From Cyanophora paradoxa CCMP329 (lineage: Eukaryota; Plantae; Glaucophyta): 64,000 bases of DNA. Position numbers and translations under genes: made by a program. The notes beneath the pieces were generated by a model. That model made no database searches, was not told where the DNA came from, and was given only the letters and a program-made list of their open reading frames with translations. The stretch lies in contig QPMI01000672.1 in assembly GCA_004431415.1 (NCBI GenBank), positions 1-64,000 on the forward strand. The letters are read 5' to 3'. Positions within the stretch are counted from its first letter, which is position 1. Each line of letters opens with the position of its first letter. Shown here piece by piece: positions 35,501-47,021 of the stretch.

Positions 35501-38500
35501 TTAAAGGTCCATGGCATCAGCTTCAGTATCATAGTCAATGAGCACCACAGGAGAACCCGAATCATCACTGAGAACCGAAAGGTCAGCAGGAGAGGAAAGA
35601 TGCAAACGTTTAACGGAAGGAAGAAAAGATGGGTCAATAGTACCGTCTGGGTAACCATAGGCATCCGAGAGGCAAGGAGGAGCAGGGGTAGAGGGTCGAC
35701 GGCGCTTCAGGTTGAAATCAGGAGCCAAGACAGGATCAGTGTCCATAGGAACAGAGGAAGAAGGAAGAGACGACGAATGGCCCCCAACATTGGGAGCATC
35801 CGCAGTAATATCAGCAGCAATTTCAGGGGAAGAAAGAAATAAATCAGCTTCAAGTTCGGGATCAAGGAGGTCAATAATAACTTGAGGAGAGAGCGGAGGC
35901 GAGCTGGGATCATCAGCATCATCATCGAGAACGCCAGGAGCTGGCGCAGGAGGGTCCAAAGCATCGACACGGCGACGGCGAAGAGGCGGCTCGTCCTCAG
36001 TGTCAAAGTCCGGCGGGGGGTGAGGGGGAGTGTGAGAGGGCGATGGAGGCAGAGGAAGTAGAGGGTCAGGAGCAGGAGCACGGTCCGGTGCCTCAGGAGG
36101 GTCGTCGTCATCCGAAGAGGAGCTTGTAGAAGAATCATCAGGTTCATCAGGGCCCAGGTCGGAAAGCTCTGAGGAGTCTGATCCAGTGTCAGGGGGGGAT
36201 TCATAGCCTTCAAGATCCTCTTTTTCGAGCCGCTGCAATAGAACAGGCCGTGCACTGGCATAGGCAAACTGAGCAACAAGGGAGCTAGGAGCTAAATCGG
36301 GGCTAGGGGCAGGCTGAGTGATATGCTCGCAGAGCTCAAAAGAGGCTAGGGAATGGTCATAAACACGAGCCGCGTCCAAGAGATTAGAACAAAATGAAGA
36401 GTGAGATGGGTCAGCTGTAGAGATGAAACGGAAGTCCCGACGGACGTAAGTTACTTTGAAACGAGGTAAACGGCGAGGGAGCATGTCCATGAAATCGTCG
36501 AGCTCGCGAAACAGGGCAGATATCAGAGTGGCTGTTTTCAAACCTGTTTTGGAGGAAGGAGTAAGTGGCAGCTGTATGTCAGGGTCCATCGCAAATGTAG
36601 CAGCAGCTTCAGAGCGACCTGTACGATAGGCCAGAGAGTACGAGCGGAAAATAACATGCAATCCAAGAATCCGAACAACCTGCCACTCCCAGTTCTGTAG
36701 AAACATCCAAGTATCCGCGAAACGGACCGAGCCAGTGAGCAACCAGGCAACGAAGCGTGCAGAAGGAATGGGCATCGGCTGGAGCTGCAGGGCATGGAAG
36801 ATGAGCGACCAGAACTGCTGTACTACGGGGCAAAGAGCAAAAACGTGCAGTGCATTGCAGCGCCGGTGGCAGACCGGACATAGCGAGGAGAGAAGCTCAC
36901 TGTCAAGCAAATTCGCCGAAGCGGGACGCTGAAGATCACGCGCAGCCATAGCAGCGATGCGGGACGATGTGCGGAGGGCGTTGTAGCGCAGAGCAAAGTA
37001 GCCGTCAAGGACGCGCTGCGTGAGAGCGTAGCGCAGGTCGGGGATAACCGTATTGAACCAGGGAAAGCGATCGGTGCGCGCGTCGTAGCCCGGCGGCCAG
37101 AGGAACTTTGGAGAGAGATCAGCACACCACTTAGCCTCAGCGGTCGTCGGCGCCATGAAAGCGTGGGAGGATAGGTACTTGTACACGTTGTGAACCGTGA
37201 AACGTGACGGGGCAGCAGGCAGCTTGTACGCAACCGATTTAGAGAGGCGCAGCTCTTCCTTTGAACGATCGTTGATGTTCTCGCGGTCAGAGTAGAACGC
37301 AAACGTACGGGAAGACGACGGTGGCAGCGGGCGAAGGGCAAGGTCGGAGAGCTGCACCGAATTCATGAGGAACCGGATGAGTACGGGCATGGAGGACAAC
37401 TTGCAAGCGTTCTTAACAAGGCTAAGCGCATGCGCAGGCACGGGAATGAAGTCGATCGCACGGGCCGCGGGTCGGATCGCAAGCACATCAGGGAGGGCGA
37501 CGGGATTGTCAATCGAAGCACTGCAGGGCACGTCAATCTCATGGAAAGCAAGCTGTGTGTCAGGAAGAAGGCGAACGCGACAGAGAGCTACTCCCTGGAG
37601 CGAAAGGCGCTCAGCAGCAAGTTTCGAGAAAGGGCCAATAGCGAGACCGCCAGGTTCGTGTTTCCAGTCTGCAGTGCGACCACAGCGCCAAACCTCTTGA
37701 GCAAGTCGATTATTGAGCGCATGCAGCTGATTGCGCAGTTGCTCAGGATAAGTGGGCTCAACAAAGAGAGTATGTTCTCCAGAGAAATCCCAGATTTGAT
37801 AGTTGAAACGGAAGCCGAGACGGAAGAGCAAAGTGAAAGTGAAATCACGCTCATAGTACGTGTCTTTCTTATACCAAGGGTGCATGATAGGCATACGCAG
37901 GAAATCCCAAGCGCAGCGGGGCCTTTTGACATCGAAAATAGTCCGCCAGGCTTCAAAGATGGCAAAGAACGGGTCAGCAGGAGGGGGCCATAATGGCTTC
38001 ACCAAGCGATCAGTTCTGTTGAGAAAGGGGAGCCAAAGCCCGAAACCACCGTTCTCCGTAAATGCTTCAATAATTTCTCGACCAGGAAGCGCAGCTGGGG
38101 AAGTGAGCCATGATTCCAAAGAATTTGCAGCAAAAGCCAGCTGAGAATGGAGAAGAGACGGCGCTCCAAGACCACCAAGAGATACTGGCCGACACGAGGC
38201 AGTGGTCATTCCCTGAGGGGGTAATATGAAAGCATCGGAATAAGAGGAACGCTTCCAGACAAAGGTCTGCAAGATTTTCGAAATTGCCCTGAGAATCAGA
38301 GGGGGCGCTGGAACTGCTCGAATATAAAAGCTTAGTACTCCCTGACAGAAAGCATACGCTATGCGACCTCGTCCAAGAAGGGAGGACTGGAAGTCAACAG
38401 CTGTCTCCATAAAGAAGGTTGCTTTATGCTGAATCATATTCCACGATTGACGGTGTTCGCGATCAAGAAGAAGCTGATGAGGAAATCCAAGCTGCTTATG

Positions 38501-41116
38501 AGAGGCAGGGTCAAGCTCAGAAGCACGGAGAACAGGGAAAGGTAGGGGATCAACAGGATCGATATCCAATGGTGAAGCAGCAGGTTCCCGCAGAACAATA
38601 GCAAGAGATTTCTCCATAGATAAGTGTTGACCAGAGAGAGGTTTGAAAGACCCAAAACGCGCATGGATAGTCAGAAGAGAGTCACGCAGAGACAGCCCCT
38701 GAGGGCGGAGCAAGAACAGTTGATAAATATCGTCAGCAAACTGGACAAGGGGGGTGCCAACAGGACGGGGAATATCAGTAAGTGAAAGCAAAAGGGAACG
38801 GAGAGGGCTAATTGAAAGGATGAAGGAGACTGGGCTCCAGGGGCCGCCTTGAATAGTTCCCACAAAACGTGAGAACGCAGAGGAGAAGAGCCCGTTCGCA
38901 AACACACGTGCACGGAGGGGAGTTCTAGGGTTGTACAGACAGTGGTGCATTCGTCGAATAAGCCAGGGCCACTGTTGAACATGGAGGACGAGCGCCATAA
39001 TGACCCAAAGCAACAGATCATATGCAGATTTAAGATCCGAGTCGAACCCAATCACGCAATCATAACCGGCGTAGCGGATGCGAGTATATGTTGCCAGCAC
39101 TGCAAAGATATTTTTATGAACGTCGCGGCCTTGAACAAATCCAAATTGATCTTCAGGAATGATAAATTGCAAGATCGGGTTCGCGAGTGTCACCATAGTC
39201 CGCTCAAAGAGGCGCAAGAGCGTGTTAGAGACTCCAATAGGTCGATACTTCGAGGCATCTGTGGGGAGGCCAGACCGCTTCCAGATGAAAGTGTAGGTCA
39301 ACTCGCGCATAAAATCAGGAAGGAAGCCTTGAACAACGACCTTCTGGAAATAGGCAGCCAGGAAAACAGACCAGGGTTTAGTGTGCAGCTTAAAGACGCC
39401 AACGGGAATCCCATCCGGGCCAGGCGCCCCATGGGCATATGCTTTACTGATAGAAAAAGCTACGTCATCAGGTGAAATTTTAGACTGGGTGCGCCACGCA
39501 GGGGGAACAATGCCCTGAACATGGGGCAAGAGGTCGTCCACAAATTGCTGAGTGAGAGCGGCAGCGGAAGGATTATCCCAGGATGTCGGAAAGGGGACAT
39601 CGAGAAGAGGGTCCACGGGAGGTTCATGAGGGGGGCAAAGAGCGTCGAGGATAGAGGACTGAGTCAACAAGAAGGCAGGGGTAGGGGCGCCCAGTTCCTC
39701 AAGCTTTTTGGCCAGGTAGTTCGCAACCGCAGCGGGCTCAACAGCGACAGCAGTGGGACCATCTGAGGTAAAGTGCAACGGTGGAGGGACAACGGAGGAG
39801 GGCTTGGCGAGCCGCGTCCAGTCACGCTTAGAGCCGCTTTCGAACGTAAGCCGGTGCTGGAGCCTGGCGAGCTGACGATTGGTGAGAGAGACCTTCTTCT
39901 GAAGTTCGCGTAGGGATTCAAGCCTCTGGGAGCGCTCCCGGTACAGGGCGACAGCATCGGAGCCGGGCGGCAGGCGGTAGATCTTCATCTCGACGTCGCC
40001 CAGCGCTTTGTATGCTGCGCGCTCATGCGTATAGAGCTTGCTAATCACATGTGCTCTGTGCTTATGCGCCATCTTGCAGAGTCGCTTGGAGAACGAACGC
40101 CACGTGTCATCAAAGGTGGCGGCATCTATAACTACCTCACCGTCACCGTGTGCTTGAAGGACAGTGTCCAGATATTGCGTCAAGTGTGTTTCCGTGCGCT
40201 TGCGCAGAGCGGGGTCAAGGCAGATTGGGTCGCCGCGCTGAGAATATTGTCCCGGCAGATTGCTGACGAAATCGTACGGGAATGCTTGCACACGGGAGCG
40301 GGGCAAGTGACGATGCACACGCGGACCAGAGAAAGAGAGAACAACGATGCGATGGTCAAGCTGGAGGTGGAGCGCGTCAAACGGGGCCAGGAGCGAATAC
40401 GAAGCAAGGCGGCGCTGGAACCATTTGGTTGCAAGTGCAAAGTCTAGGCGCGAGTTAACAGCTTTAAGGCTAACAATACGCGAATAAGTAGGGGCAAAAG
40501 CTGAAGCAGTCCCGCCGACAGGAGGCGGTGGAGCATGGTTCGCGAGATCATCAAGTTGGTGTGAAGCCATCGTCGCATATAGGTAAGAGCGTTGCAAGGA
40601 ACTAGATTTAGGGGCGCGGTGGTTCCAGTCCCCAATAAGAAGCATCGGCATAGTAGCAGAAAGATACCCAGCCTGCACACAAGATTGCCACCACTCACGG
40701 CGGTCCCTGTTGTCACTAGCGGGGGCATAAACACAAGCCAAGAGCACTTTCGTAGCAGGGAAAGAGCCAGCTGCCTTATACGCAATAGAGACGGAAATAA
40801 AGCGCCCATCAGAATCCTGTCGCGCAAGCGTAACCTCATGTTCTGCAGCGAAGAAGGGCGTGACCAGAATGGCCACACCAGTGGAGCGGGATTGAGTCGG
40901 AGCAGAGTGGAAGAACGGGCCACGCCAGGCAGCTGCAATCTTTTCAAGTTTTCCTAAGGGGTGACCAGCGTCATCAAAGTCTCGCAGCTTAGTTTCCTGT
41001 AAGCAGAAAATGTCTATCTTGTGAGCAACGGCAAACTTCCTGCAACGTTCCACAAAGGTCTGCAGCTTGCTGGGACTGTTGAGCCCTCCCACATTTAATG
41101 ATGCAATGTTAACCAT
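35501..41116 (-). CDS. LINE ORF2: APE endonuclease, RT, CCHC finger, acidic Pro-rich tail (1871 aa, intact)
   Basis: SLNVGGL, LQET, GDWN, SRLD, DH; APGPDG, YRPI, DLKSAYD, QGGPWSP, QFADD; CPVC..NALHVFALCP. Confidence 0.97.
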   Translation of the reverse strand: MVNIASLNVGGLNSPSKLQTFVERCRKFAVAHKIDIFCLQETKLRDFDDAGHPLGKLEKIAAAWRGPFFHSAPTQSRSTGVAILVTPFFAAEHEVTLARQDSDGRFISVSIAYKAAGSFPATKVLLACVYAPASDNRDRREWWQSCVQAGYLSATMPMLLIGDWNHRAPKSSSLQRSYLYATMASHQLDDLANHAPPPPVGGTASAFAPTYSRIVSLKAVNSRLDFALATKWFQRRLASYSLLAPFDALHLQLDHRIVVLSFSGPRVHRHLPRSRVQAFPYDFVSNLPGQYSQRGDPICLDPALRKRTETHLTQYLDTVLQAHGDGEVVIDAATFDDTWRSFSKRLCKMAHKHRAHVISKLYTHERAAYKALGDVEMKIYRLPPGSDAVALYRERSQRLESLRELQKKVSLTNRQLARLQHRLTFESGSKRDWTRLAKPSSVVPPPLHFTSDGPTAVAVEPAAVANYLAKKLEELGAPTPAFLLTQSSILDALCPPHEPPVDPLLDVPFPTSWDNPSAAALTQQFVDDLLPHVQGIVPPAWRTQSKISPDDVAFSISKAYAHGAPGPDGIPVGVFKLHTKPWSVFLAAYFQKVVVQGFLPDFMRELTYTFIWKRSGLPTDASKYRPIGVSNTLLRLFERTMVTLANPILQFIIPEDQFGFVQGRDVHKNIFAVLATYTRIRYAGYDCVIGFDSDLKSAYDLLLWVIMALVLHVQQWPWLIRRMHHCLYNPRTPLRARVFANGLFSSAFSRFVGTIQGGPWSPVSFILSISPLRSLLLSLTDIPRPVGTPLVQFADDIYQLFLLRPQGLSLRDSLLTIHARFGSFKPLSGQHLSMEKSLAIVLREPAASPLDIDPVDPLPFPVLRASELDPASHKQLGFPHQLLLDREHRQSWNMIQHKATFFMETAVDFQSSLLGRGRIAYAFCQGVLSFYIRAVPAPPLILRAISKILQTFVWKRSSYSDAFILPPQGMTTASCRPVSLGGLGAPSLLHSQLAFAANSLESWLTSPAALPGREIIEAFTENGGFGLWLPFLNRTDRLVKPLWPPPADPFFAIFEAWRTIFDVKRPRCAWDFLRMPIMHPWYKKDTYYERDFTFTLLFRLGFRFNYQIWDFSGEHTLFVEPTYPEQLRNQLHALNNRLAQEVWRCGRTADWKHEPGGLAIGPFSKLAAERLSLQGVALCRVRLLPDTQLAFHEIDVPCSASIDNPVALPDVLAIRPAARAIDFIPVPAHALSLVKNACKLSSMPVLIRFLMNSVQLSDLALRPLPPSSSRTFAFYSDRENINDRSKEELRLSKSVAYKLPAAPSRFTVHNVYKYLSSHAFMAPTTAEAKWCADLSPKFLWPPGYDARTDRFPWFNTVIPDLRYALTQRVLDGYFALRYNALRTSSRIAAMAARDLQRPASANLLDSELLSSLCPVCHRRCNALHVFALCPVVQQFWSLIFHALQLQPMPIPSARFVAWLLTGSVRFADTWMFLQNWEWQVVRILGLHVIFRSYSLAYRTGRSEAAATFAMDPDIQLPLTPSSKTGLKTATLISALFRELDDFMDMLPRRLPRFKVTYVRRDFRFISTADPSHSSFCSNLLDAARVYDHSLASFELCEHITQPAPSPDLAPSSLVAQFAYASARPVLLQRLEKEDLEGYESPPDTGSDSSELSDLGPDEPDDSSTSSSSDDDDPPEAPDRAPAPDPLLPLPPSPSHTPPHPPPDFDTEDEPPLRRRRVDALDPPAPAPGVLDDDADDPSSPPLSPQVIIDLLDPELEADLFLSSPEIAADITADAPNVGGHSSSLPSSSVPMDTDPVLAPDFNLKRRRPSTPAPPCLSDAYGYPDGTIDPSFLPSVKRLHLSSPADLSVLSDDSGSPVVLIDYDTEADAMDL

Positions 41117-41118
41117 AT

Positions 41119-43398
41119 TTAATCAGGCCACGGGGGTGCACGCATGGGATGTTTCGGGCGTGGGGGGCTGGGCTCAGGAAGCAGTGGGCAGCGAGGCAAG
41201 GAAGGTGCATTGCAATTGGAAGCCAGGAGAAAATTCAAAATAAGATCATGCGCAGTTAAAAGGCTACTTCTGTGGCTGGTTGACAAGGGCTGCATAGTAG
41301 CTGCGAGTTTCAATGGAATCACCTGGGGTCTCAGCTGTCGAACCAGAGGGCTTCGCAGGTTTAATCTGACCACTTTTACTGAGAGAGCAGCAGGTAAAGT
41401 CAGGGAGGAGAAGGCAGATTCACAGGAGAGGACAGACCGAGCAGGAGGAGCTGCAAGGACTTGCACCGAACGTGGTTTCATGGAGGATGTGGATGTCACT
41501 TGTGTCTTTTGCGGAGGTGCCGCAGACGGAGGAGCATCAGGCAACTCAGAAGCAGTGGGCTCGAGGTCGGAGTCACGAGTGCGCTTGGGTCCTTCACGTG
41601 ACCCAGCAGGTGAAACGGTAGAGGAGGGAGCAGCAGGACCAGATGGAGACAGGGCAGCAGAAACCAGGCGTCCGTGGGTCATCAAGAAGTTTGCAATAGC
41701 AGGATTGGTGGCAGCCAGAGCAGCGAGTTGAGCGGGGTCCAAGGCTTTAACAACTGCAAGCAGCATGGGATCCGGAGGCGAGCCAGCAAACGGGGCAGAA
41801 GCCGGAGCTGGAGCTGGCTGCACAGCAGACGCAGACGGAGCGGCAGGCGGTGAGGCAGCTGACGAAGCAGGAGCCGCAGTACGTGCACGTGCACCCGATG
41901 GCAGAACAGGAGCAGCAGCAGGGCGAGGGAGGGCAGGAAATGGATCTGGAGGGGCCACAGCCGGTTTGTCCAAAATACCATGATGCTGGAGGATTTCATT
42001 CTGCATGTTCACAGGTAGCTGATAGATGACAGGGTCACGGTGAACATGGTAAAAGAAAGTGTCCTCGCCCGTTGAGGGGATAAGGCAGAAACGCTTGTCC
42101 GCAAACTCGCAGTTGCAAGAATAGAAAGGAGTGTAGTTGCAGGGAGCCTGGGACTGGGGTGGCGGTTTGGAGCTGGTACATGCCAGTCCAAGGTTGTACA
42201 AGACAGAGGGGTACTCGGCGTCCAAGAAGTTGAGATTGAAGGCAAGCAGTCGGTCCCCGATAGGGAAGAGAACAGATTTGATCGTGTTAGTCCCAAGAGG
42301 ACTGGAGCGGTCATGCTGGACAAAGGACTGGACCAGAAGATTTGATACTGGCACAGAAACAAGCAAGAGGATTGGAGTGACGGGGCGATTCTCAACAAGG
42401 TTTGCCTCACGGCTCCCCGTTTCCACACGCAGAGGAAAAGCCGGATCCACCAGTACAGGGTCACACTTAAAAGTAAAGTTGTACTCGGGGCGTTTAGTTG
42501 ATGGATCACGGCGGTCATAATAAACAGGGTCATGGTCCACAGCAAAATCAGCCAGTTTCTGAGCAGCCACAGCACAAAGTATAGTTGGGGTGTTCATTGA
42601 AAGGGGTAAGAACATTGTGTGGTCGCCAAGAGTAATGTTGGGGTTCGCAGATGCAAGCTCAATTTTTTGAAAAAGCATGTCTGTGTCAATCTCTGTTGGG
42701 GCCTTGCTGGAGACCAGGACGTTGTTAGGTTGGGTGAACGCATGCTGAATTGAGACAAGGACAGTCTGAATAAACTCATCAGACTCCATAGTAGCTGCAG
42801 TATAAAAGGAATGGTGCGGTGGGGCCGATGGAGGGAGGCTGATAGAAAGTTCGACCAAGACACGGGGCTCAGGATCAGTGGGCGCCATTTCTTTGCTGAA
42901 AGCTGGTACAGAGCCGGGGAGGCAAGAGGCAGAGTTTGCACGGACAAAATCAGTGACAAAGTCCATGTCAGAGAAAAGCAATTCACGTTTGCTGAGAGAG
43001 TCGCGTTCAACGCGCACAGAGGGGAAAGCGTCCAGGATTTTGTCCAAGGTTCCATGGTGCGCCACGAACGACTGGTAGGCGCCGTGGTCGGGGCAGTGGA
43101 AGTCCAGAGTCATGTCAACAGCATTCTTTTCAGTGTTAGAGCGGGCCTCAATGGTAATTCCAGGAGTGTGACCGTGCACACGGTTGCCCTTCCAATCGGT
43201 TGTGTATATCCGGCGCTGAAAAGGAGGAGTTTGGTAGTGCTGAGTCATAGCTTTGATGCGGGTGAGCATGTGTTTCTGTCGAACGGAGCCTTGGACTGCT
43301 GACACATCGCGGGCTTCCGTGAAACGAGCGGCACCAGGGTTTAACGGGAAACGAAGACGCATTTGACGAGAGACCCCGTCGGCATGGAGCAGTTCCAT
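41119..43398 (-). CDS. LINE ORF1 (759 aa)
   Basis: Long ORF ending 2 nt before the ORF2 ATG, with a Cys cluster and a Pro/Ala-rich C-terminus. True start may be further upstream. Confidence 0.8.
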   Translation of the reverse strand: MELLHADGVSRQMRLRFPLNPGAARFTEARDVSAVQGSVRQKHMLTRIKAMTQHYQTPPFQRRIYTTDWKGNRVHGHTPGITIEARSNTEKNAVDMTLDFHCPDHGAYQSFVAHHGTLDKILDAFPSVRVERDSLSKRELLFSDMDFVTDFVRANSASCLPGSVPAFSKEMAPTDPEPRVLVELSISLPPSAPPHHSFYTAATMESDEFIQTVLVSIQHAFTQPNNVLVSSKAPTEIDTDMLFQKIELASANPNITLGDHTMFLPLSMNTPTILCAVAAQKLADFAVDHDPVYYDRRDPSTKRPEYNFTFKCDPVLVDPAFPLRVETGSREANLVENRPVTPILLLVSVPVSNLLVQSFVQHDRSSPLGTNTIKSVLFPIGDRLLAFNLNFLDAEYPSVLYNLGLACTSSKPPPQSQAPCNYTPFYSCNCEFADKRFCLIPSTGEDTFFYHVHRDPVIYQLPVNMQNEILQHHGILDKPAVAPPDPFPALPRPAAAPVLPSGARARTAAPASSAASPPAAPSASAVQPAPAPASAPFAGSPPDPMLLAVVKALDPAQLAALAATNPAIANFLMTHGRLVSAALSPSGPAAPSSTVSPAGSREGPKRTRDSDLEPTASELPDAPPSAAPPQKTQVTSTSSMKPRSVQVLAAPPARSVLSCESAFSSLTLPAALSVKVVRLNLRSPLVRQLRPQVIPLKLAATMQPLSTSHRSSLLTAHDLILNFLLASNCNAPSLPRCPLLPEPSPPRPKHPMRAPPWPD

Positions 43399-45207
43399 CT
43401 TTGTAAGGTACTTCTGAGCGGCCGGCGCGGCACCAAAGGCGTCCTGCTCACGACGGGCGTCACCACGGTGCAGAGACCGATAAAACGAGGCCGTTGATCA
43501 GGCTTCTGGAGCTTTTGAGAAGCGTCACGCTGCGCAGCCAGTTTCCATTTTTGTACGTTCGCCATAACGGTCAGAGCTCTACGCGCGACGCAAGCGTCAG
43601 GAACAGGCATAGAGGTAGGCGCAAAACGTAGTAAACTATGCGTATAGATAGAAGGATCAGCGATTTGTGCCCGAGGGCAGAGAGTTTGCGCCATACGGCA
43701 GAAAGTTTGCGCCCGAAGGCAGGAGAGTCCCAGAATCACGCAAAGGGTAAGAAAAGGTGCGTACCACGCTCCGCGCTGCTGCCGCTGTGCTGCTACGTGC
43801 CTCGCCAGGTTCCGGGAGGTGCGCCCGTCTGCGCCGCCACTACCCTTGTCTGGTTGGTTCACTGTCGATTGTGCTTCGGGCCTTCGGGTCCTTCGCCTTT
43901 CGTCAAAACCGCACAACCGGCTTGGGCGTGTCTTATACATACTCTTCTTCTTTTATTAATTGAACAAAGAATGAGACTGAAGTACTAAAGTTGTGAAGAC
44001 AGAACAGAAGAAGCTGAAGCACTGAACATGAAGAACAGAACAGATCTGAGTGCATGAAAGATGTAGAAAGTAAACACTGATCATGTAATCAGGAAACAAT
44101 GCACAAGATGCTATGTAGTCCAAAGCTAGGCTTCATCATTTATGGCTTGTCATGAAACATAGTGCTTTGCAATTTGTGTTTAATTCATGATTCTTGGCTG
44201 GCAAAGAAATTAAAGGGCGATTTGATATTCTTAGCTATAGCTATATATATAGCTTTAGCCAGGAAGATGAGAAGAAGAGCTAAAGCACTGAACAATTGCA
44301 AGAAGTTTGAAACTGCATGCATGAATCTCTTGTGGTTCAATCGTATTACAAAGAAGGAAAATGAAGCTGAAGCACTGAAGAAGAGAGCATTTCAGAACAG
44401 ATCCAGAAACAATGAAGTGATCACAAAACAATACAAAAGAAGCACATGCAATGTATTTCAAAGGTTTGATCATTTATGTTCTAGATCTGTCATCAAATAT
44501 CGAGTTTTGGTGTTAAATACTGGCCATGGCTGGCAAAGCAAGGGCAATTCTTAGCAGGAAAGTGGGCAAGAAGCTTGAACGTTAACATTTATTGCAGCAG
44601 TGATATATATATATATACTGTCCAAGTCCCTGTAGCTTTGTACCCCTGTACCTCAGTCTGCCTGTACCCCCAATACACCACCTTGCCAGCTATCTAGCCT
44701 GGCAATACATTGCAGCACTGATCATGAACAATTGCAAGAAGCTTAAGAATTGAACACTTCAATTGACAACTTGGCAAAAACAACCTGGCAAGGTTGTAGA
44801 AGAATTGATCATGAACAAGTCAATCATTGATCATTTCATTTCATGCATGTAACATGCAACAATATTTTATGCATGCAATGATGCCATGATGAATAATGCA
44901 TGCATCATGATCAATATAAAGATCTAGATGCCACTGGGCCATTGTTGTTGTTGTTGAAACTCCTAGTAGTTGTTGTTGTGTGCTAATGCAAATCGTTTGC
45001 CATCTAGAAAAGAATGTTGTTTGTTTTGTGAAACAAAAAATGCCAAGTACAATCTCTTCAATTTCAATTTGGCAAGTTTCTGTTTTGTTTGTTGTGAATG
45101 TGTGAACGTTGTGCTGGTGTTGTGTTTTTTTTTGTCTTGTTTTGTTGTTTGTACATTGTGGAACATATGCTTTTCTTTTTGTTGTACATGCCAAGCTGTT
45201 TAGTGTA

Positions 45208-47021
45208 CAAGCAGGGGGGCTCCGCCCCCCCGCACCCCCCCAGTGTTATTTAGGAGTCTTTGATTTCTTGTGGTCTATTCTTCTTCTTCTACGTACTACT
45301 TCTACTACTACTACTTATTAATTGAACAAAGAATGAGAATGAAGTACTAAAGTTGTAAAGACAGAACAGAAGAAGCTGAAGCACTGAACATAAAGAACAC
45401 AGATGTGAGTGCATGGAAGATGTAGAAATTAAACACTGATCATGTAATCTGGAAACAATGCACGAGATGCAATGTAGTCCAAAGCGAGGCTTCATCATTT
45501 ATGGTTTGTCATGAAACACAGTGCTTTGCAATTGGTGTTTAATTCTTGGCTGGCAAAGAAATTAAAGGGCGATTTGATATTCTTAGCTATAGCTATAGCT
45601 TTAGCCAGGAAGATGAGAAGAAGAGCTAAAGCACTGAACAATTGCAAGAAGTTTGAAACTGCATGCATGAATCTCTTGTGGTTCATGATCAATCGTATTA
45701 CAAAGAACGAAAATGAAGCTGAAGCACTGAAGAAGAGAGCATTTCAGAACAGATCCAGAAACAATGAAGTGATCACAAAACAATACAAAAGAAGCACATG
45801 CAATGTATACGTATTTCAAAGTTTTGATCATTTATGTTCTAGATCTGTCATCGAACATCGAGTTTTGGTGTTAAATACTGGCCATGGCTGGCAAAGCAAG
45901 GGCAATCCTTAGCAGGAAAGTGGGCAAGAAGCTTGAACGTTAACATGTATTGCAGCAGTGATATACTGTCGAAGTCCCTGTAGCTTTGTACCCCTGTACC
46001 TCAGTCTGCCTGTACCCCCAATACACCACCTTGCCAGCTATCTAGCCTGGCAACACATTGCGGCACTGATCATGAACAATTGCAAGAAGCTTAAGAATTG
46101 AACACTTCAATTGGCAACTTGGCAAAAACAACCTGGCAAGGTTGTAGAAGAATTGATCATGAACAAGTCAATCATTGATCATTTTATTTCATGCATGTAA
46201 CACGCAACAATATTTTATGCATGCAATGATGCCATGATGAATAATGCATGCATCATGATCAATGTAAAGATCTAGATGCCACTGATCTAGATGTTAAACA
46301 AACAATGCAAGTACAATCTCTTCAATTTCAATTTGGCAAGTTTCTGTTTTGTTTGTTGTGAATGTGTGAACGTTGTGTTAGTGTTGTGTTTTTTTGTTTT
46401 TTGTCTTGTTTTGTTGTTTGTACATTGTGGAACATATGCTTTTCTTTTTGTTGTACATGCCAAGATGTTTAATGTATTATTTATTGTTTGCCAAGAATCG
46501 AACTGGTTCTGAATCGGCACTGAGCAATCAAGTGCACCACAGCACTAAAGGGACTTTCCATTGACAGAACTGCCGGATACCCAATTTCAGCCACAAAACT
46601 CCACTCTGTGGCAGATCTTCCCACTTCATACTTCCAAGCTCACTGGCAAGGGCAGCGGCTGCCGCTACTTTTTTTAAGAAGTCACAGAGTCATACATCAC
46701 TCAGTGACTTTTCCTTCTCATGTGGAGCCTGTCTCAGTGACCACAGTGAGTCAAGGCAGCACTGGCAGCCTTCAAGTGCATATCGAATTGAGTATACCAA
46801 TGAGAGCGACAACTCAACCACTGGCCTGCGATTCACAAGTTCCCCACTTACCAAACATGCTGGCACGACTGTTGGCAGCCCAGGCTGGACCACCCATGGA
46901 GCACAGTCCAGTCAGTGACTTTGACTGTTCGCACCGCTCTCAATGCTGGCAGTTTGAGTCTGCCGTAGTACTAAACGGAATTTTCTTCCAAGGGGAACAT
47001 GGGTTAATCTACTATGTAGCA
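45208..47021 (-). mobile_element. Helitron-like copy 2 (1814 bp, LINE-free, diverged), inserted in copy 1
   Basis: Interrupts GTGTA|TTATATA, which is intact near 49455-49466. Confidence 0.8.

Larger units (their letters stand above)
35214..43820 (-). mobile_element. Full-length L1/Tx1-like LINE
   Basis: ORF1 and ORF2 present, CTCTTCTTCTT tail, 13-bp TSD GCGCCCGTCTGCG at 35201-35213 and 43821-43833. Confidence 0.95.
34593..43952 (+). mobile_element. 5'-truncated LINE (~740 bp), split into 34593-35213 and 43821-43952
   Basis: Matches the 3' end of the full-length LINE. TSD TTATTAATTGA at 34582-34592 and 43953-43963. (TTC)n-type tail. Confidence 0.92.

Noticed and set aside
35214-43952. LINE with terminal inverted repeats or Penelope-like pseudo-LTRs
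   Set aside because: Fully explained by antisense insertion into a truncated copy, given the TSD and the empty site.
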